Below, piece by piece: positions 12,190-25,600 of a stretch of 64,000 nucleotides of DNA. Every line of letters begins with the position of its first letter. Position 1 is the first letter of the stretch. The notes under the pieces were generated by a model. It worked only from the letters and a program-made list of their open reading frames with translations, did no database searches and was not told the origin of the DNA. Position numbers and translations under genes: made by a program. Source of the DNA: Neoechinorhynchus agilis. Taxonomy: Eukaryota; Animalia; Acanthocephala. The DNA is taken from NCBI GenBank assembly GCA_051530055.1, contig CM121342.1, positions 6,323,489 to 6,387,488 on the forward strand, given 5' to 3'.

Positions 12190-14449
12190 ATGTTCTCACT
12201 CATGGACACAAAAACCACTCTACAAGAGAGCGCCGAAGATCGTATTCGTCTTATGATATCTCAAAGTTCTAAGCGTGGCGAGTATATTTCACTTTTTTGG
12301 TCAATAAAAGAAAAAATCAATATTTTAGTTGGTATCTTACCGTCCACAAGGTTACTCATTTCACTACTGTGTACACTCATTATGGCGTTCAGTTTTGTTT
12401 TGAGGACAAATCTATCCATTAGCGAATCATGCATGCTGACAGATTGGAGCAAGGCGAAATTCGGAAATCTTCAAGCTTCCTTCTTTTACGGATATATCAT
12501 GACTCAACTGTTAGGGGGAATTTTGGCTTATAGATTAGGTCCCAGAACGGTAATTTGCTTTTCGTTAGCCGGAGCATCGTCTGTTACTATGCTGATGCCA
12601 ACACTGGCCGATATTGGATACTCGTTTGCAGTTTTACAGCAGGTTCTCATCGGTGTATTTCTGGTATATAATCGTGGAAATGATCGACAATTCAAAGTTC
12701 TCATTCTTAGGGAATGATCTCTACTTCGGTGTATCAGGTCGTATCAGCGTGGATTCCTGCTCATGAAAGTGGAAAATTGATTGGATTGATCGGAACTGGG
12801 CCTCCCATAGGAATCATCCTAGCGCATCCAATTTGCATTGAAATCTGTATGCTCAATAGTGCTAAAGTGTGGAAATGGAGTTTCTACATTCCGGGTAAGC
12901 TAAAGTGAATTTGGAGTGCAGTTCATCAGTGGTTTTTGCAGGAATTTCCGGATTGTTTCTGTGTTTTCTATGCATCATTTTCCTTCGGTCTTATCCCAAA
13001 AAACATTGGTACATTTCTAAGAAGGAAGCACTCTACTTGGCGCAAAGTATTTCGATCGACAACTCGAATAATGTGAGGTTATTCATTGTGACAATGCTAA
13101 AATCAACATCTATAGGACATTTCTTTGTTTCGAATCATGAGGAATAAGTCCCTTTGGGGATTCTATATAAGTTTTCCTTTGTGCGAATTCTTTTATTCGG
13201 TTTCGAGTACGCTGATATGGTCGCTTACTAAACCGGAAAATCCAACAAATCTCAGGGAAGTAAGTTGTTTTGCTCACTATCGGATAATTTAAGCTATAAA
13301 ATAATTATGTGGACCCTTAGATTTTTAATGATCCATCTAAAATTAAACGCGATTATATAAAAGCTGATTTCTAAAGCAATATGAGTAACATTCCAGAAGC
13401 ATAACACTGTCAAAACTTCTCAGATTTATTGTCCGAGTTCATAATGGCCGGTTAATTTTATTTCTACGTGCGATTAACCTCTTCTTGATGAATTCCCAGT
13501 TTTTTTTATTGAAGCAAATTAAAAATACACCGGCTTATGCTTCTTTAAACTATCTTCTATTCCGATATAAGTAGAGATTTTTACAGCCATTCCGATCAAC
13601 TTGACGGCCTTCACCATTTATAGCTAAGATTCTTTTTTAAATCTATTTTTAAACACAGCCAGGATTTCCCGTGTAGATTAGATACAATAAAAGGGGCGCT
13701 AAAGCATCACAAATTGATCCGCATCATTCCAGGAACAATACCCCATACTTGTGTTTTGGATTGTATACTTAATCTCAGTTCCTCTTTATGGTTGTCTATC
13801 CGATTTAATAGTCGAGAGACGATATCTATCACTGTCTGTAGTGAGGAAATTAAACGTTTGTATTGGTTAGTGTTTAACTTTTTAAATTAATCAAATTGTT
13901 AATCAATTTTTAGGATGTATAATTCCAGCCGTGACTACTTTAGTACTTGGGCTTCTAGGAAGTGGAAAGCAACATTGGACAACAAAGACCGTTTTGCTTC
14001 TCATTGCCCATTTTGCAATGTTAGCTTTTTTTCCATCATTTTATTTGGTGTGATATAAATCAATCTTTATATCACACCAAACAAAATATATCCATGAATT
14101 TTTTTTATTATACTTTATTTAGTGCCGCTAATTCCGGGGCAGGTATTTATTTATCTCCTAACGATATGGCACCGTCTTATGCAGGTGCCGTTTGGGGTGT
14201 AGGCAATACCTTAGCAACAATCGTCCGAATCGCATGTGTCAGAATCATAACCGTCGTTCAAGAAAAGGTATTTCAAATAATAGCAATAAAAGCTTCATAA
14301 CTCTTAAGGATTTTAATGTTGCATGGATGCTAGCCATGTATGGATCATCATTGACAAACATCTTGGCTCCAATCGTTTTTTGTTTATTGGCAAATACTAC
14401 AGATCAGTTTGCAAGGCCGAACGAAATCGAACTTGAAGATATGGCATAA
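12190..14449 (+). CDS. SLC17/MFS anion transporter, paralog A
   Basis: Spliced exons give FFYGYIMTQLLGGILAYRLGPR, VSAWIPAHESGKLIG, YLSPNDMAPSYAGAVWGVGNT; the introns checked are GT-AG. Confidence 0.88.
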
Positions 14450-14494
14450 ATAAAAGGAGACAATCAATATTAGTCGTCTATTAAATCAGAGAAA

Positions 14495-15165
14495 AGTCGT
14501 ATTCAATGCAGCAACCAAAAAATTAAATGTCTACTGACTATTAAAAAATCATAAAATGGTTTCTGCATGCGATTTTTTAAATTCGATTCAAATGTCTTGG
14601 GCTCAAATTAATAATCGAACTATGTCGCCCGAATAACTTTGGATTATCTGACTTTTCGCCAGTTTTAATAGTCGTATTCAATGCAGCAACCAAAAAATTA
14701 AATGTCTACTGACTATTAAAAAATCATAAAATGGTTTCTGCATGCGATTTTTTAAATTCGATTCAAATGTCTTGGGCTCAAATTAATAATCGAACTATGT
14801 CGCCCGAATAACTTTGGATTATCTGACTTTTCGCCAGTTTTAATAGTCGTATTCAATGCAGCAACCAAAAAATTAAATGTCTACTGACTATTAAAAAATC
14901 ATAAAATGGTTTCTGCATGCGATTTTTTAAATTCGATTCAAATGTCTTGGGCTCAAATTAATAATCGAACTATGTCGCCCGAATAACTTTGGATTATCTG
15001 ACTTTTCGCCGGTTTTAATAGTCGTATTCAATGCAGCAACCAAAAAATTAAATGTCTACTGACTATTAAAAAATCATAAAATGGTTTCTGCATGCGATTT
15101 TTTAAATTCGATTCAAATGTCTTGGGCTCAAATTAATAATCGAACTATGTCGCCCGAATAACTTT
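14495..15165. repeat. 175-bp tandem repeat, ~3.8 near-identical copies, between the SLC17 paralogs
   Basis: AGTCGTATTCAATGC occurs at 14495, 14670, 14845 and 15020. Confidence 0.97.
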
Positions 15166-15563
15166 TTCACCAGTTTTAGTTTTTATTTAAAGTTTTTGTA
15201 CTTTTTTTTGATGTTTTTGATTAAAACTTGTGTTGAAAAAAAAGCAAAAATTGATAAAAAATTATTTTATTCGGATAATTTTCTTTTTAAGTTTTACTTA
15301 CATTTCACGTTTTCCTCTATGTACAGCGTACCAAAACGTTTCTTTTTTAGGACGAGTTAAATCCATTTAGTTGATTTAAAAAGTTTCGAAAAACTCTGGT
15401 TTACGTGTATTCTCACAACTCGTAATTTTCACAAGATTAGAGTCAAAGGTGAGTGTGGTAGACTTTTAAGGTGACCAGCGAAGCTGAAACTTAGAAACTC
15501 CTGTCACGTCTTTTATTTTAGACTAGATAACTAGAAAAAGTTGTAAGTGAAAGAGATCTAGAC

Positions 15564-18111
15564 ATGGATTCTATTCAAGTGGTCTCTACGCCTCACTCTC
15601 ACCATTGTAAGTATTTTAAACTTTACAATCGAATCGGTTAATGTCGATCAATTAGCTCACCTTTTTCCATCATGGCGATTATTCGTAACTTTTCTATGCA
15701 TGTCAATGATGGCATTAAGCCTTGTTATGAGATCAAATCTTTTAATAAGTGAAAATTGCATGATAACCAATGTCAGCGGTGAAGTGGGAAAATATAATTG
15801 GGAAAAATCAAAAGTTGGAAACTTAGATGCTTCATTCTATTACGGATATCTCGTAACTCAAGTCTTTGGCGGAGCTTTATCATACAAATTTGGGCCTTCT
15901 TTGGTCATATGTTGCTCAATGATCGGTGCTTCGATATCAACTATTTGCTTTCCCTTTATGGCCGATCTTTCGTACGGCTCAGCAGTCGCATCGCGAATAT
16001 TCCTCGGAGTGTTTCTGGTATAATTGAGATTCTCAAAGAACCTTATTCGCGATTATTTTTAAGGGAATGATATTTACTTCGGTCTTTCAGGTTGTATCGG
16101 CATGGGTACCAGAAAAAGAACGAGGAAAGTTAATTGGGCTTATTGAAATGGGTTCGCCAATTGGGATAATTCTCACACACCCACTATCGATTGAGCTTTG
16201 TTTGTCGAGTTCCGTTTCGGCTTGGAAACTTAGTTTTTATGTTCCCGGTTAGTGAACTAGACCAAACGAAATAACCATTCCAACTTTCATTTAGGACTAC
16301 TGGGATTGATTCTCTCTGGAATCTGCTTCATTTTCCTTAGATCGCGACCTTCTGATCATCATTACATTTCACAAACGGAAAAACGATTTCTTGAAACAAA
16401 TATTTCAGAAATTAAAACGGGTGGTGTAAGCACTTAAAACAATATTCTCCAATTCTTAGTGGAGATTTTAGAATATTCAAATCTCTCGACTGTTTCGCAA
16501 CAAAGCTCTTTACGGGTTTTACATCGGATTCTCGTTGTGTGAGTTCTTTAACACCGTACTTTCAATGATGGTTTGGACTCTTATTATACCAGAAACTTCT
16601 GCCAATCTCAGAGCTGTAAGTTCGAATCAAAAAGTCCAAAATACAATATTTTTGCATCAAAAAAAAAGGATTGGGACCAATGGGTTTTCACAGCATTTGT
16701 TAGGAATATCTTTGCCTTAAAATTGATTAATATCATTGCCCCTCTAGCAATAAGATGCCGTGATTCTCAAAACAATAAAAATAATGACAGCTATCCGAGC
16801 ACAAAATCTTTCTTTTTGTGGGAATGTTTTTGATTCAAAGTGAAACAGAACCGTATAAATATGAGCATATCAAGAACTGAATTGATAATGACTGATTTAA
16901 TCAAATCCCTCTTTTCTCGGGTGTCGACAAGCAACCTAAATAACAACATAAAATTAAACTATTTTTTTCTTATGTCTCACCTTTTAAATTTTTTCTCAAA
17001 GTGTCAAAATGATCATCCCTTTCACGGCTATTTCTTTTTTATGGATGTGAATTATTTTAGCACTTTTGGCGGTCGGAGAGTGAACCATTTAAACTCTGAT
17101 GAAATGTTAGGAGTTCGTACATCTCTCTGGATCCTCAGATATCTCCCGAGTCGCCTTCGAATGAACAGATCAATAAATAGAAACCATTCGGCCACCGGTT
17201 ACTCCGCAAAAACAATTTTGTGTTTTAAATGTAACCTTTTTTTAGAGCTAATAATTTTTTCAGTTCAGTGCTGTATGTCCAAGGAAAAAAGGTTACATTT
17301 AAAACATCAAAAAATAATTCAAATTTACATTTAAGAGTACTTTCATTGCTCTCATTGAACGTCCCAATTAGTACTTTTTCAATGTCTAAGCAGCCAAAAC
17401 CTTGAACCTCAAATTTCTTAGGAGTTGTACCCGGTGCTCGTATTCTGGATTGCGTATATGGTCATGATTCCCATTTACGGTTTTGTAGCTGATGCAATGG
17501 TTTCCAGAGGAGTTTTCTCATTGATATCTGTACGCAAAATCAGTGTTTGTCTTGGTAAATGAGCGTTTTTCCATGAATATTCATTAAAAATGAATGGAAA
17601 AGGATGTTTATTGTCGGCTATAATCACCGTGGTTCTCGGAGTAATCGGACGAGGCACTCAATATTGGACACTCAAAATTGTATTATGGCTACTTTCCCAT
17701 GCTGCATTGTAAGTTGGCTAATATTTCCCGTTAAGCCTTATATTGTTTTCCTCCTGATTAGTGCTGCTCATTCAGGCGCTGGTATCTATTGTTCAGCAAA
17801 TGATATGGCACCTGAATACGCTGGAGCTGTATGGGGCATCGCAAACACCATGGGAACAATCGTTTCTTTGGTCATTGTTAATGTCATCAAGACGGTCCAG
17901 GAAAATGTATGTTGTTCGAACAATTGAACAAAACAATAGTTTGTTGTTGTTGTTGTTTTAGAGCCCTGATGCTGCATGGAATCTGTCAATGTACGGATCA
18001 GCCGCAGCAAATACGCTGGCTGCGATAGCATTCTGCACGCTGGCACGAGCTCATAATGTGTTTGAACGGCCGAGTTTTACAAGAGCCGATACCGCAGAAA
18101 CGACTGTTTAG
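15564..18111 (+). CDS. SLC17/MFS anion transporter, paralog B
   Basis: Exons give SFYYGYLVTQVFGGALSYKFGP, VSAWVPEKERGKLIG, IYCSANDMAPEYAGAVWGIANTMG; exon structure parallels paralog A. Confidence 0.88.
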
Positions 18112-18499
18112 ACAACATTTTCATGATATAAAATAAACGAAGATGATCTCTAAATTTAGATTCGGTTTAGATAAAGGGACTTTATAGAACGGTATCAAAA
18201 GTGTTGCATTTTAGGCAATCGTAAATTAAATGATGAGTTTAAAATCCAATATTTCAGAGCCACAATCTTGTACGTCTTTTGTTAAAAGGTTGCTTGTAAC
18301 TTTTTTAGGAAGAAAACAATCAATATGAACAGTTCAATCTTCAAACAATCATAGTTGTACTATAAGACAATCAATTTATTTTGATTCTAGTTCTAAAAAA
18401 AAGCTGGTTTTGGGTTTTCAATTGCATTTTCTAACGGGTTTGATTGCAGGATCTAAAAACTACCTTTCACTCACGCATTTTTTCTCTCTTGAGAGGTTG

Positions 18500-18760
18500 C
18501 AGTTTCCTCGACAACCAATTTATCCTGTTTGATGAAATCTAACCATTGTTTTCTCGGCCTTCCTCGTCGGCGATTTCTCGACTTTATCGTGCCAGAGACA
18601 GCGGCAAGTGCCGAACAGCTCCCTGATGTCCACATTTCTTTTCTTATCCTTGAGAGTGTAGCTTGCTGCCCATCTCATTTGTTTCTAATCTTCTGAGACG
18701 GTCTAGAACACCAGCCCGTTCAGTTTCGATAAGATCTCCTTCTGTTGCATAATACACTAG
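18500..18760 (-). mobile_element. Degenerate 3' fragment of an RTE-clade non-LTR retrotransposon
   Basis: Translates to RRRGRPRKQWLDFIKQD, resembling the RTE C-terminal motif GRPRKxWxDxIKxD. Confidence 0.6.
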
Positions 18761-19308
18761 ACATTTTAACTTTAAAACTGCTTTCAATTAATTTTTGAAG
18801 TGAGAAATTCATCGGTAATCCGTCTTACTGAAAATGACACAAAAGTGAAATTTAGAAACGCTTTCAAAAGTGGTTGCTGCTATTTAAAATTCCTCATTTC
18901 AGTTGAGTTCGTTAGAAAGACTAATGAGTGTTCCGAAATACACAATAGTTCAATTGACTGAATAGATTGAATCGTATTGATGATGGTCCTTCCCAAATGA
19001 GTGACCATCGATGAACTCTAAAAAATAATATATTGGAGATGTTTTCATGCGAATAATTAAACATATTCTAGAGTAAATCTGCTAGAAGAGCGCCAAATTA
19101 CGAGTCTCAAACTTTAAATTGTTAGACCAAAAATGTTTGATTTTTTGAACACCACAAAAGGAATTTCGTTAACATTTCATATAAAACCATTTCAATTCAC
19201 TATTTTTGTTCTGTTTTTAATATTAATTTCCTTAAATTCCGATTGATTTTACAATCAGTTGCTAAGCAACGTCTTCGCCTATAGTTTAGACTTTAAAGGT
19301 TTTGAGCA

Positions 19309-19542
19309 ATGTTTAATTATTTGAAGACTTTAGTTTTAATTGTTCTACTCGTTAAAACTACAACTGCATTTCCGTTTCATATGTGCCATTCAATGGTGTG
19401 GCCAATGGATCGTCGTTGGAATCGATGGCAAATGATGCCAATGAATTTCATGAGCGCTAATAGACGAAAAAGAGGACTGCAAGAGGTCTTAACTCACTGG
19501 AATGATTCTTGGAAGCGAGTGGCCAAAAACGAACGTGAATAA
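19309..19542 (+). CDS. Small secreted prepropeptide (77 aa)
   Basis: Hydrophobic signal peptide ending TTTA-F, followed by RR, RRKR and KR basic cleavage sites. Confidence 0.7.
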   Translation: MFNYLKTLVLIVLLVKTTTAFPFHMCHSMVWPMDRRWNRWQMMPMNFMSANRRKRGLQEVLTHWNDSWKRVAKNERE

Positions 19543-19663
19543 AAATTAGGTTTACGAATTTCTGTTTGCCGAGCATTGGTCAGCAACGTGATTAATCATT
19601 CACTCTAAATCATCACCATAATACCGACACAATATACAATCGCATGTGATTGGCTCTTTTTTT

Positions 19664-22600
19664 TTAGAATGTTACTTGTGATTGGTGCGAGGAAAGTGCA
19701 CCAGTTGGCCCTGCTTGCGAAGTCAGAAGTGGTGGTATTATGTTGAACCTCGGTCGATTTGATTTCTGCGATACAATTTGTTTTTTGAGCTCCACCACGG
19801 TTTCCGTAAGAGATTTTACGAGTTTGTTTGTTTCGTCAAGTTGAAGTTTAAACATTCTGTTGTCTTCATCTTCCTTTTTCGTTTCGCGACTGTCTAATGC
19901 CATTGTTCTCATCCGAGGAAACCAATCGAGATTCTCCTTCTAAAATATTGAAAGGTTTGCGGGATGTTTTTTTTTCAGAATTTGAAAAAATAATAGGAGA
20001 CTGAGAAATTTTTTTAAGCTAACTATTTATCTTGGAATTTTAGTAAAGACAAAGCCGAACCTCGATCATCTCATGGACATAACTTTCCGGTCCCGTGAAT
20101 TCAGTCGGATCCTTGACTTTTATAAGAACCATAAAGTAAACATAATCCCACATATTGTGAACGCGTTGAATGTGCTCATCAAAAGTAGTCTCTTGATTGT
20201 CAAAAGACCGTCTGTCAAGTCCTAAATGTTCAATTTTTAACGTTTTTTTTAAGAGTCAAAGTGGCAAAATACCGCAAATAAAACAAGTATTGCGAAGAAT
20301 CTCTTCGTTTCGTTGTTTTTCCTCCCTGATATCAGCGAAATTGTCGATAATCACACCGAAAATCAAGTTGAGTGTGATAATTATCACAATAAAGAAGAAC
20401 ATTAGGTCATAGATTACTCGAAACAGATATATTGCTTCCTTTTGATGGTTAAAACATAAATGGCTAAAGTTACATTTAAAAGAAATACCAACCTTACTGC
20501 TCGGTTCTCTTAACACATCGCCAATGCCTCCGCCATTTCGAAGTCCTTTATTGAGGGTTGTTATTATGCACGTCCTCAAAGTATCACAAGCCCTTTCTTG
20601 TTTTTCACTGTCACTTGGAACAACTGAAAGGTTTTTTTTCTCTAAAATTCCGTTTTTATCTTAAGAGAACTCAGATACCTTCAATTCCACGTTCTTTAAC
20701 CGTAAGGACGAAATCATCTTGAAGAAATAAGTAACCGCATATTGCAAACAAGTAGATTATAATCACGGCGAACAAGGCTGTCAGGATAACGGATTTAGCG
20801 TTGCGAATAACGCAGTGGATCACATTCCATAGAGTATCTTCTCGGTAAACAACATCAAGGAGCTTTTAGTTTTTCGTTTAAACTAATACATAATCTTTTG
20901 TGTTAACACTTACCAATAGACTGTAAAAGAACTCATGAACACAAAGTCCAAGAAGACAAAGAATTAGATACATAACGTGGTACGCCAACATTACATCTCC
21001 AACATTCTCATTGTGAGACTTGGTGAATGCTCCACTGTTGCCCATGAAACTGACCAAATATATCGCTTTGTTGACTACCTTAAAAATATAATGATTTTCA
21101 ATGTGTAGTCTAAGATATTTTTCCTTTAAAACAAAGAGCAGCGCAAATAAATTGAAAAAAAACTTTTCTAAAAACATTTACTGATCCAAAAGGGAACTCT
21201 CAAGGTAGAAGGGATAACGGAACTAAACAAAAGCTAATTTTCTTTATTAAAGTAAATAAGGTTTGGATCTTACTTACGTTCAGTACACCTAAGAACCAGA
21301 GCGTAGGAATTATTCCGATTGAATATATTGATCTCACAACGGCTACAATTGACAACATTCTCAGCAAATGCTTACTGAGTTTTAATGCCACAGAATACAG
21401 TAAGACTGCGAGAAGTAGCCACAAGGATAATGAAACATGTGGATGCAAAGCTAAATGGATATAATTTAGCATTCAATTATTTTCTTTTTTGTAACCTACG
21501 TTCTCTATAAGGTTTGAACGGATAAAAGATCGCAATTATCATATTGATATAAAGACTAAGATGGAAAGCAATGTCACTCCAAAGAAACATATGAGAGCTG
21601 AACCAATACAATGCTCGTTGATTTCTCAATTTTCGTTGCCATTTCATTTCTTCGTACATTTCACCAAAGCGTGAAAAAAAGTCGCTGACTTTGCTTCCCT
21701 TCTCGTCCTGCTCACACATATTCCTAACCCTCTTCTTCTTTTCAGACGTAAGGTACCGGCAAAGTGGTGGAACGGGAAATACAATCGGTTCAAGAGTTTT
21801 ATCTTGTCGAATGATCTCAATTTCTGCTGTATGGTTCTCAAAATGTGTTAATGCCTCGTCCACGTCTTCTTCACTTGCTTTCTTTATAAGACCTGCGAGC
21901 TCTCGGTTATGTCTGGATAATTGATAAGCAAGAATATAGATATTGTGACCAACGGTCCTATGCAAAGTATCACTGGACCCGTCGTCTAAGTCGTTCATAG
22001 TCTCGTCGATTCCAAAAATGTCTTTACCGCCTTGATGGTAAATGCTGCATGCTTCGGTGAGCTAAAAAACAAACCCTGATTCGTAATTTGTTAACAAAAA
22101 CATAAAAGGTTCAATACCAGTGAATTAACGGGTGAAATTGTTCGCATTATCCGCTCGGTGTTTGCAGAATCATCTCGACTTTCCATTACTGCCAACAAGA
22201 GTTTGGAAGCACAGTCCTATTTGATCGGGGAACTTAATAAACTTCTATCAAATCATAGAGAATTGTCGTCGGTGTGAATTTGATTCGGCGATGTTTTTCC
22301 CCCGGTTTGTTGTTGCTGTTGATCATTTATTTTGAAATATTTCGTAAGCTTTTTTTTTGCTTACCTCTTCAGTTAAATTTTTCTTCGAAAACAATATAAC
22401 TGAAGAAGCAAAAAGCTTACGAAATATTTTGATTAAAATCTTCTACCAAATATTTGTAAATGACAATGATTTAACGACATGTACGATGTCTGATTAATTT
22501 CAAAGATTAACTTCAACCGGACAATAAAAACTTCGGAGAAAATCTCGAATTTTCATAACAATAATGGTGAAAATGTAGACTTTTTCCTTTAACTCAGAGC

Positions 22601-25600
22601 ACATATCTGTTAGAAAATATCAATGTATTTAATTACAAATTATAAAGTAAGCGCGATTGTGTCTTCAAAGTACCGATTGAGAAAATCTCTTAAACATAGA
22701 TTTTTATCTTTCAAAATAAGAAAAAACTCGCTTCAGCACTGTTGACTATTAAAAAATAGAAATTCTTATTGAGCGGTTCAAACAATCAGACGTATTCATG
22801 TTATTTAATATTTCGTGGACAATATTTAAAGAAAAGGATTTTGTCCACGAAATATTAAACAAAATGAATACGCTTTGAGGTTTGAACCGTTCAACAAGAA
22901 TATCTTTCCACCCGAATGTGATAGATTTACCTTTAATTGCAATAAATATTGTCTATTCCTGTCCTTTAATGGCTGAATATCATTAAGCACGATTGCAACA
23001 ATCATGTCTACTCCGTTAGATTCATGGAAAGCAATCGAGTCCTATTTTTTAAGTCTATTTAGTTTAAGCGAAAGTAAAAATAACCTGATTCGCGTGGCAA
23101 GGGCCTTGGCAATACTCCGTGAGGGTGTCGAGCGTTTGTGTGATGAGAAAACAATTTTGCTCGGTTATATAATTTCCCAACAATCCGAGAAGACCAGTGT
23201 TTGAACCACAGATCGTATCCAAGAAGTAAAGCGTCTCCCCGATAAGATTATAGGAAGTCTTATTTTCAGGTTGCTCACGTAGATAATTCTGAATTGTGTG
23301 GTTAGCTAAATCAGTAAAAAGAAATGGAAAATTTGCTTCACCTGAAAAACAGCATTATGGTTTTCACAGAGTAGTTGAAGGAATCTCAAAATCTTTTGAA
23401 CTCGAAGGACCTCTTCTGGTAACTTATGAGAATGTCCAGAGTCCGCAGTAGAAGTCATTGAATTATTCCTAGTAAATTTTAAAGTATCGGCAGTACTGTT
23501 TTCGCGAAATCCAATTAAAGACAGCTCCTCGTTTAATCCATCGGAATCGTTTTGACCATTGCTTTCATCTATTTCATCTCCCGTTCCTTGAGAGACGAAT
23601 GAAGTGAAGATAATGCTGCTTGTAGTCGTTTCATTTCCAGGAACTGATAGTTGGTTTTGTAGAATTCGCTGGGCTGTCGATAGACGATCGTAAAACGTTT
23701 TAAAGAATCTTTCTGAACGAGCACCAGCAGCTCTTAAGCATCGGTATACGCTGGCCTACTCCAGGACGCTGAACTTTGATCGTGATTTTAGTTTGAGAAA
23801 ATTACCTGAATGACCTGGTTACCTCCCTCCAACAACGCAATCGATAAATCTACTGCTTGATCGAATATCTCGTCATTCAGGTCGTTAAGGAACATTTCTG
23901 TTACTAGAGCACTCGCTCCATGTTTGTCCAGTTCGAGTTGATGAGATAGTGCATGTTGAGCAATGTTTGTGTCTAAAATTTCAGAGAAAACTTTTAACTA
24001 TTCACGGATTTGAAAATTTCCGATTTGTAAAATTTAATCCGATCTTCCAAATCGTGTAAAGAGAAAGTAAGAGTATAATGTTTTCAGTTCTCTTTTTTTT
24101 TGCAATCTACTTAAATTTCGTTGTTTCCAAATGTCGATATGTGAGGAGGAACCGGGCTAAATGGTTATTAGAATTATTATTTAGAAGTGTTCACACGGAG
24201 CAAATCACTTTTTTTGTCAACTAAAAACGTCTCTGACCTCGTCCGCGTCTTTTAGCAACCCACAAACTGAGATGATGAATCCGATATGAAGTTCGAAACG
24301 TTTTTAATCGAAAAAATTATTTTACCAGGAACAGAGTTCTAAACAATAATTCTAATCGTTGTTTCTGTATTGCTTCTATTGACCGAATCATCGGAACCCG
24401 TAATAAACGAATTTTCACCACGGAATATTCAAACCTTTCAAATCATGAAGTAGCGTCTTCATACATTGCCGGTCTTCTGAGAAGTACCGTTTGATAAGTC
24501 GGATATGTTGCAATTGTGCCTAAACCAAAAAAAACATGATAAATTTAATAATTTTTAAACATCGGCTTATTTTCTAGGCTATATTTAGCTAAAAAATCAT
24601 GCAAACCAATTCTTCAAGGAGTCTTTGTTCTAAAATAATGCTCTCCATAACTCCTAAAATCTCCACGCATCCCACGAGCAAATTCATTTTCAACTGCTTT
24701 TGGCAGTAATCAACAAGTCTAAATTGGTGAATAACAACAATAAACATTCATGCAGTGCTGTGGCAACGTTGCACCAATGCAGGCGGTGATCGTGCATAAG
24801 AACTTATAGTTTTATCGCACCTCTGATTTCAGTCTTTTCATTAAAATGTACTCCGTAAACATCACAAGGACTTGTCTAATTTCACTGTAGTCATTTCTCG
24901 CGATCAAGTGTTTTGAGTGATCACTTAGCCTGATTGGAGCACCGTTTTAATCGAAAAAAATCAATCCATACCCATCGTCAAATTATCGAACGCAAAAAAA
25001 AACTTACTTTGACAAAAGAGCACCTTCGAGAAACATTTCCCGCTCTTTCATTTCATGAGAAAATAATCCTATTGGTCGTCGCAAAATATCCACGAGGGTG
25101 CGACATTCTGCATTGTACAACGGACTCAATCGATTATAGGCCAAAACCAGAAAAGTCTGCTTTTATCCAATTAAAATCAATATTTGTGCTTAAAAAGTGA
25201 CAAACCGTGTAAAAGTCAATAACATTCATTTGTTCCGGAGTGTTCTCGGTAAAAGTCGACCGTCTTCTACTCTCTGCATCAGGATAAGATTCTGCAGATC
25301 CATGATCATATCGATTCCGATCGAGCATTCGTAGTCGTCTTAACCTTGAAATATCCGAAGCTACATGCTGCATCCGTAGCAGTTGAGTGCAATTGTATCG
25401 ATCGGCTAATACAAAATATCAAAAATTTCTATAATACACAAAAAATACAAACCGATTTGAATTACAGCTCCAAGGCATCTGTCCAGTTTAAATCTTTGTA
25501 TTTGTGTTAGACTTTGAGTTGCATAAAGGCGAAACAATACAGAATGAAGTTTTACTAGCAATTTCGTTCTTGCCTAAATGAAGTGAAACTGAAATAGTTG

